Shown here one piece after another: positions 61,401-64,000 of a stretch of 64,000 nt of DNA (its first letter is position 1; the number at the start of each line of letters is the position of its first letter). The position numbers were made by a program, and so were the translations under genes. Where the stretch lies: assembly GCA_013239625.1 (NCBI GenBank), contig MU053482.1, positions 4,911,775 through 4,975,774 on the forward strand, given 5' to 3'. The DNA comes from Lama guanicoe (Eukaryota). The notes beneath the pieces were generated by a model. That model was not told where the DNA came from and did no database searches. It saw nothing but the letters and a program-made list of their open reading frames with translations.

Positions 61401-62180
61401 TGAGCGCACTAGAACTGCATTCCCAAAGTTTTGGGGAACCGCCGCCTTATCACACCGCCCAGCGCGTGGGGGCTTTTCCCACACTCTGTGATCTACATGG
61501 GATACCCCCAGGCAGTGAGAGGTCGGGAGACTCCATCTGACCTTCATCGACAACTAGCTGCACTTCCTGACTTTGCTGTTGTATCGGTGGACACACTGAG
61601 CCCCCAGAACTCCAGCTTGACTCCTCCGAAGCATCACCGACTCTTTTTTCCCTCACCTCCTGCACCCAGATGGATGGTTGTTTGAGTGATATTGCCTCCA
61701 CCTGGACACAGTGTCTCACTCCTGTTTCCTCTGCATTTTCTTGTTTATCACAATCAGAGATTCAGGAGTTGTTAGAGGTGATACTTGACATCATGTACCC
61801 CTAAAAGAGAGAAGAGTTTCAGGTTGTCGTTGCTGCTCCCCTGCACTGTTCTAGTCATTTCTTCAGGAGCCATCCTGGAGTGGCCTTCCACAAGCTTACT
61901 GAGATCACATCACCACCTTCAGTTGCTTCCCACGTCTCTGGAGTTCAGCATATCTCAGCAGCTGAAACTTTGAGTTGAGAGATCTTCTAAGACCCCATTT
62001 TAATAAGGAAGAAAGAATGCAGTCGCTATAGTCAATGGGCTTATCAGCCAATATCTCTACACAGATCTCCAGTATTTACAAAGTTGGAACATTTTCTCAC
62101 CCCCAGGGCCCAAGAACTAGAACTAGAAGATCATCAAAGCAGACTGGAGCAGAAATTAAGAGAGAAAATGCTCAAGGAGG
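2029..62180 (+). CDS. MICAL2: MICAL2 long isoform / MICALCL region, partial spliced CDS (5' exons and last exon outside window): join(2029..2209,4130..4311,[9540..9614],14164..14315,15833..17180,33815..33930,38556..38648,41417..41510,58709..58808,62107..62180)
   Basis: Exon phases chain into one open frame (1-2, 2-1, [1-1], 1-0, 0-1, 1-0, 0-0, 0-1, 1-2, 2-1). Peptides match the recalled human MICAL2/MICALCL C-terminus ([95 protein letters not shown]). Confidence 0.95.
2805..2841. repeat. (AC)n followed by (TA)n microsatellite
   Basis: Read directly from the sequence. Confidence 0.9.
3211..3997 (-). mobile_element. MaLR solo LTR (MLT1-type), interrupted by an L1 3' end
   Basis: Typical MLT1 motifs (agggctgccat...aaggtgtcagcaagg; aaggacaccagtcat...aatgacctcattttaac) resume after 3910 (cagtcacattctgaggtgctagggg...tataaca). 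Confidence 0.75.
3536..3910 (+). mobile_element. 5'-truncated lineage L1 (3' UTR plus A tail) nested in MLT1
   Basis: L1 3' UTR (aaggacctactgtatagcacaggg...tgtacacctgaaactaac...cttcaataaaaa), A-rich tail, partial TSD tgtctct on both sides. Confidence 0.8.
4130..4311 (+). CDS. MICAL2: MICAL2 coding exon B (182 bp): [20 protein letters not shown]...EPEAVH
   Basis: Acceptor ccttcctccttccag|C and donor ATG|gtgagc; the phase 2 start joins exon A. Confidence 0.9.
5520..6540. mobile_element. Possible Mam_R4 (Dong-R4 clade) ancient LINE remnant
   Basis: The motifs ggattttaggcaacttacaa and cataaatttcattctgagttttttggcggccag resemble recalled Mam_R4 consensus segments; not verified. Confidence 0.3.
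5571..5736 (+). mobile_element. Short L1 insertion (ORF2-end fragment plus (TAA)n/A-rich tail) with 17-bp TSD
   Basis: Perfect direct repeat aagaaagacatgacaca at 5554..5570 and 5737..5753; L1 motif ccatatgttatcatttacatgtggaatctaaaa. Confidence 0.85.
6560..7030 (+). mobile_element. Old L1 (L1MB-like) 3' end
   Basis: cccaaatgtccatca...ggatgaaccttgaa...aatgtacttaatgtcactgaactgtacactta. Confidence 0.8.
7230..7392. mobile_element. MER5A-like hAT-Charlie fossil
   Basis: cagattcctggg...gggtggggc...cactttg layout typical of MER5. Confidence 0.5.
9204..9337 (-). mobile_element. tRNA-Ala-derived SINE (camelid Vic-1-like), inserted in an L2 tail
   Basis: The reverse complement gggtatagctcagtggtagagcgtgtgcttagcatgcacgaggtcctgggttcaatccccagtacctcca has A and B boxes. 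It has an AT-rich tail with aaacctaattacc and a near-TSD ctca(g/a)taaat at 9194..9203 and 9337..9346. Confidence 0.88.
9540..9614 (+). CDS. MICAL2: MICAL2 exon C homolog (75 bp): (A)[24 protein letters not shown]; donor is non-canonical (A|atgagt), so possibly skipped
   Basis: Strong acceptor ttttcttttttccaccacag|CT. The peptide matches recalled human ALQRANSFQSPTPSKYQNWRR. There is no in-frame GT at the expected position, and read-through hits TGA at 9623..9625. Confidence 0.7.
10037..10061. repeat. (AC)n microsatellite
   Basis: Read directly from the sequence. Confidence 0.9.
11110..11220 (+). mobile_element. L2 3' tail with (GAAT)/(GAAC)/(AAAC) repeats
   Basis: cctagcatgggcctggaacagag...gaatgaatgaatgaacgaac. 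Confidence 0.65.
14164..14315 (+). CDS. MICAL2: MICAL2/MICALCL exon D (152 bp): [19 protein letters not shown]...PSPPQ; ATG 14196..14198 corresponds to the recalled MICALCL start Met
   Basis: Acceptor ttctttccctggcag|AT and donor CAG|gtaagt; Ser/Pro-rich, matching human NKRTMSPPKDPSPS. Confidence 0.9.
14480..14784 (-). mobile_element. 5'-truncated L1 with 5' inversion (twin priming)
   Basis: Minus-strand 3' UTR at about 14480..14735, then a plus-oriented upstream L1 piece at about 14736..14788; near-TSD acttgtccttttc / acttggccctttc (14467..14479, 14785..14797). Confidence 0.75.
15833..17180 (+). CDS. MICAL2: MICAL2/MICALCL large exon E (1348 bp), low-complexity/disordered region
   Basis: Core of ORF 15785..17230 (481 aa); acceptor catcccctccag|GTG and donor GCAA|gtaagt; motifs [48 protein letters not shown]. 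Confidence 0.95.
17400..20880 (-). mobile_element. Degenerate old L1 (L1M) fragments
   Basis: T-rich antisense L1 ORF2/3' motifs (tattccattgtgtagatgtacca, ggatgttgaattttattaaatg, catttggtcatgatg). Confidence 0.7.
21848..22470 (+). mobile_element. MaLR solo LTR (MLT1E/F-like)
   Basis: tgtgg start, gggagattattctgggt, gacagccagcaagaaaatgg, tcctgccaacagcctgaatgagc, aaaactaatcca end. Confidence 0.75.
22717..23462 (-). mobile_element. ERV1-class solo LTR (MER67/MER31-like)
   Basis: TG...CA termini and a 4-bp TSD GTAC at 22713..22716 and 23463..23466; the minus strand begins tgacagattctctcttccaccaaactctagccaagct. Confidence 0.8.
23734..24181. mobile_element. hAT-Charlie fossil (MER33/MER3/Charlie1-like)
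   Basis: ctgtgcttccaatatggtagg...gatgtgctgtaagtgtaaaatacacaccagatt...tatttctattgtacaacactg. Confidence 0.7.
24821..24962 (+). mobile_element. tRNA-Ala-derived SINE (Vic-1-like)
   Basis: ggatatagctgaagtggaagagtgcatgcttagcacgcacgaggtcatgggttcaatccc followed by an AT-rich tail ending (aaac)n. Confidence 0.85.
26203..27532 (-). mobile_element. Younger 5'-truncated L1 (about 1.3 kb) nested in old L1, 14-bp TSD
   Basis: Perfect TSD tgtaggtactcttt at 26189..26202 and 27533..27546; poly-T at the left end; recognisable ORF2 C-terminal and 3' UTR sequence. Confidence 0.88.
28889..29510 (-). mobile_element. MER21-like LTR fragment
   Basis: gtacttctgactaacc...ggggttcccaca...ggagcttctgtcccc...ggatgtgttcac...ggagctctgtgtca. 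Confidence 0.65.
29537..30025 (-). mobile_element. Tigger5/MER47-like TcMar fossil
   Basis: gacttacaatggtt...aaggtaggctaggctaa...ggttaggtgtattaaatgcattt...ccattgtaaattgag, with degenerate inverted termini. Confidence 0.75.
33815..33930 (+). CDS. MICAL2: MICAL2/MICALCL exon F (116 bp): (S)[38 protein letters not shown]
   Basis: Acceptor ttcccatttcag|GT and donor AAG|gtaaca; [10 protein letters not shown] motif. Confidence 0.92.
34873..34924. repeat. (GT)n(GA)n compound microsatellite
   Basis: Read directly from the sequence. Confidence 0.92.
35965..36190 (+). mobile_element. MIR SINE. Further MIR fragments near 12040-12120, 32200-32390, 41830-42080, 42990-43140, 43460-43680, 53500-53760, 56060-56280, 57580-57905 and 62990-63130.
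   Basis: MIR core ctgtgtcatcttgggcaagtgattcaatttctctgag...tagtgctcaataaatg; equivalent motifs at the other sites. Confidence 0.7.
37513..38258 (-). mobile_element. Composite retrotransposed block (L1 tip plus probable 3'-transduced sequence containing further L1 ends), 14-bp TSD
   Basis: Perfect direct repeat tagacatctatttt at 37499..37512 and 38259..38272. L1 3' tip at about 38210..38258 (-), L1 3' UTR at about 37793..38100 (-), tiny L1 end at about 37589..37640 (+). Confidence 0.7.
38556..38648 (+). CDS. MICAL2: MICAL2/MICALCL exon G (93 bp): [31 protein letters not shown] (start of C-terminal coiled coil)
   Basis: Acceptor ttggcttttgtag|GAG and donor CAG|gtcaga; translated by hand because it is absent from the ORF track in this frame. 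Confidence 0.93.
39670..40068 (-). mobile_element. MaLR solo LTR (MLT1A-like)
   Basis: tctggaggctggaagtccaaggtcaaggtg; cttataaggacatcagtcctattggattagggcc; ccaaatacagtcac. Confidence 0.8.
41417..41510 (+). CDS. MICAL2: MICAL2/MICALCL exon H (94 bp): [31 protein letters not shown] (bMERB domain)
   Basis: Acceptor cattgcag|GCC and donor CAG|gtaggc; lies within ORF 41399..41692. Confidence 0.94.
44704..44720. repeat. (TG)n microsatellite
   Basis: Read directly from the sequence. Confidence 0.85.
47480..52000 (+). mobile_element. Old sense-oriented L1 (ORF1, ORF2 and 3' remnants)
   Basis: A-rich; ORF1-like cagcagaagagacaattagtgaattgg; ORF2-like ttagaaatcaataac and gcctaggagtaaatctaacaaaa; 3' agaatgttcatagcagca...ggataaattgtggtac. 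Confidence 0.8.
49963..50515 (-). mobile_element. Younger 5'-truncated L1 nested antisense in old L1
   Basis: ORF 50172..50441 (-) encodes an L1 ORF2 C-terminus-like peptide ([10 protein letters not shown]...[15 protein letters not shown]...[13 protein letters not shown]); direct repeat agaactttc at 49954..49962 and 50516..50524. Confidence 0.85.
52853..52978 (-). mobile_element. tRNA-Ala-derived SINE (Vic-1-like) with an internal deletion of about 11 nt
   Basis: atggagg^gaacccaggacctcatgcatgctaagcatgcactctac lacks tactggggatt relative to the 9260 copy and shares the taattaggttt tail motif. Confidence 0.85.
54620..55960 (+). mobile_element. CR1/L3 ancient LINE remnant
   Basis: gatccttgtcaaaattctagaaaggattatt, ttatttccttttctggg and ctgtcttcaaataactgaa resemble degenerate L3 RT/3' motifs. 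Confidence 0.55.
55413..55533 (+). mobile_element. tRNA-Ala-derived SINE (Vic-1-like) with A tail and TSD
   Basis: gggtatagctcagtggtagattgcacgcctagcatgcaagaggtcctgggttcaatccccagtacctcca plus A tail; TSD ggacttct at 55405..55412 and 55534..55541. Confidence 0.9.
56320..57310 (+). mobile_element. LINE2 fragments
   Basis: Pyrimidine-rich L2 body ending ...tgaatggatggatggataaatgtatgaatgaat. Confidence 0.6.
58709..58808 (+). CDS. MICAL2: MICAL2/MICALCL exon I (100 bp): (D)[32 protein letters not shown](M) (bMERB domain)
   Basis: Acceptor gatttcttaagcag|AT and donor AT|gtaagt; WFKLVLEKN bMERB signature. Confidence 0.94.
59568..60018 (-). mobile_element. MaLR solo LTR (MLT1C-like)
   Basis: ggctgcatcactccaatctctgcc; gtaaggacacc...cccaccaggataatccag; aggttccaggggttaggatgtggacata. 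Confidence 0.8.
60115..60340 (+). mobile_element. MER20 (hAT-Charlie) fossil
   Basis: cagtggatctcaa...gaggccaagggtgctactaaac...tacaatgcacaggaca...ccaaatgtcaac. Confidence 0.8.
62107..62180 (+). CDS. MICAL2: MICAL2/MICALCL exon J (74 bp): [24 protein letters not shown] (bMERB domain)
   Basis: Acceptor ttttctcacccccag|G and donor GAGG|gtaagt; lies within ORF 62084..62365. Confidence 0.94.
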
Positions 62181-64000
62181 GTAAGTATGGTGATACTTTC
62201 GGGGCCCTTGTTAAAGGCTTTTTCCCTAGAAAGACACTTGGCCCGACCGCGCCGCACAGTGCAGAATGGAGCTCCTCCTGCCTTATACAACCAGCCTGGG
62301 GGGCAGAAGGGGGCATAAAGCCAGCCTCCCTCTGCCCGCACTGGTGCCCAGCAAGTCCCTCTTAGCTTCGTTCACTTGGGCTGTGAGAACAGCATTTGCC
62401 CCCTCCCACTTGCTGATAGGAACCAAGTCATTTATTCACACATTTGAATATTCACGGATCCATCCACTTTTTTGACAAACATTTGTTGAGACTCCAGAGT
62501 GGGCTTGGCATGTGGAGAAGAGCATCCTTGCCCTGTGGCCTCACTGGGGAGACCAATACCCAGACCATTCATTATAGCACAGTGAGCTGAGGACCAGGAC
62601 GTACATGCTTTGGGAATGCAGAGAAAGGCAGGCTTAGTTCTGCCAGGCCCTGGGGCTGGTAAAGGAACATCCTTCCCAGCACGGGGTGGGCCAGGGCATC
62701 ACACAGGAGGAAATTATTTCCACCAGGAGGGAGGGAGAGTTGAAATAAACTTAATTAACACCATATACTGATCTATGCATTCACAGGCTCCAGCCAGTGA
62801 GGCATAGTCACTCTGCTTTATGCCTGTGTATTTGTGGGGCCAGAGCCATGTGTGGCTTTCCTACATTTAGACTTTAGACGAACAAATTAAATCATTTCTG
62901 TATACCTCATGGACTGAACATTGCACTGACTGTGGGGAGACCTGCTACAGGGCAAGCACTTAGTAAAAATGAGTTGTTACCATCGTGATCATGCTTATTC
63001 AGGCATTTTATCCCCATTTTACAGATTAGAAAACTGAGTGAGAACTTAAAAAACATGCTCTAGGTAAATGATGGGGCCAAGACTCCAGAACAGATCACTG
63101 TAGACTCAGGGTCTCCTGTCCTTTCTCACATAGCAGTGTCTGTAGAATGTTTCTTTACAATGATAGAATGCTATTTCTAACAAAAGCCTTATAGAACTGC
63201 TCTGTATGGAACAGATAAAAGTGGTGTACATCATCTTTTATTTGTCAGAAGGGGCTCAACTGGTCCCATTGTTGACAAATCAAAATTAAGAGGAATTTTT
63301 AATTTTTCTGTGTTGATAATCAAATAAGGGGTATTCATACTGAAGTGTGCCTAAATTAACAAACCATAGTATATAACTAATATCTGATTTATACATCTCA
63401 AAAAAAGTTTTAATGTGCTCTGTTTCAGGCTGGTAAAATAAAAAAACCACCAAAAACTTCATTAGCCAGTTTTGAACCCTTTATTTTTTTAATTCTTACT
63501 AAGAAGTGATGTTCATACATTTTCTAACTCTTCTGAGCAGATACCAAAGAATGTAGCTCCTTCATTTTGCCTTCTCATCTTGCATGAAACCTTCATCACA
63601 TTAGTTTTCAAGAAGAAAAGAAAGGAAGGGAGGGAGGGAGGAAGGAAGGAAGGGGAACTTAGTCTGGTAAACTTAGTCTGATGCAATAATTTAAACAGGC
63701 CCTGTAGGAAATGCTTAGTCTCTTTGGGATGAAAATGTTCAGTCTTGCAGATTGCCGCCCCTTCCATCTGCTTGATCCTTAAGGTGACCACCAGGTAATG
63801 GCGAGAGGGAGGTCTGCATGACTTTGCAGCATTAAAAATCTGTTTGGTTGCTCTGACTCACTGACCCCACAAAGCTGTCTCCTGTCAGTGGGCTACCACG
63901 CTCTCTGCTGGCATTTGCAGCTAAGGTTTGTGGCTGGCATAGCCACAGCCTGGTCATTCTCTCAGAGTGCTTAGAGCCTCACTTCCAGCCTCACTCAGCC

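Noticed and set aside
62181..64000. Terminal MICAL2 exon (ESQKDEKDLNEEQ...-like)
   Set aside because: No matching peptide was found after exon J; it presumably lies beyond the window.
1..64000. CRISPR arrays, rRNA, operons, intact viral or transposase genes
   Set aside because: None seen; the sequence is mammalian intron/exon DNA with decayed repeats.

Overview
Mammalian genomic DNA, most likely camelid: it carries four tRNA-Ala-derived Vic-1-like SINEs, and I recognised no Alu, Bov-tA/BovB or PRE-1 elements. The window holds the 3' half of MICAL2 (the MICALCL/EBITEIN1 segment) on the + strand. I traced nine intact coding exons with GT-AG boundaries and consistent phases, plus one 75-bp exon whose splice donor reads AT instead of GT. 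The exons encode the low-complexity linker and most of the C-terminal bMERB (Rab-binding) coiled coil. The upstream exons and the terminal exon lie outside the window. Introns are filled with nested L1, L2, MIR, CR1/L3, MaLR/ERV LTRs and DNA transposon fossils. I found no convincing new biological system. The best leads are the donor-mutated symmetric exon (whose mutation also completes an extended AP-1 palindrome), a probable serial L1 3' transduction flanked by a perfect 14-bp TSD, an AP-1 motif cluster upstream of the MICALCL start, and an E>G change in the bMERB QEWF motif. Gene and repeat family names come from recalled sequences, not database searches; repeat boundaries are approximate unless a TSD is given.
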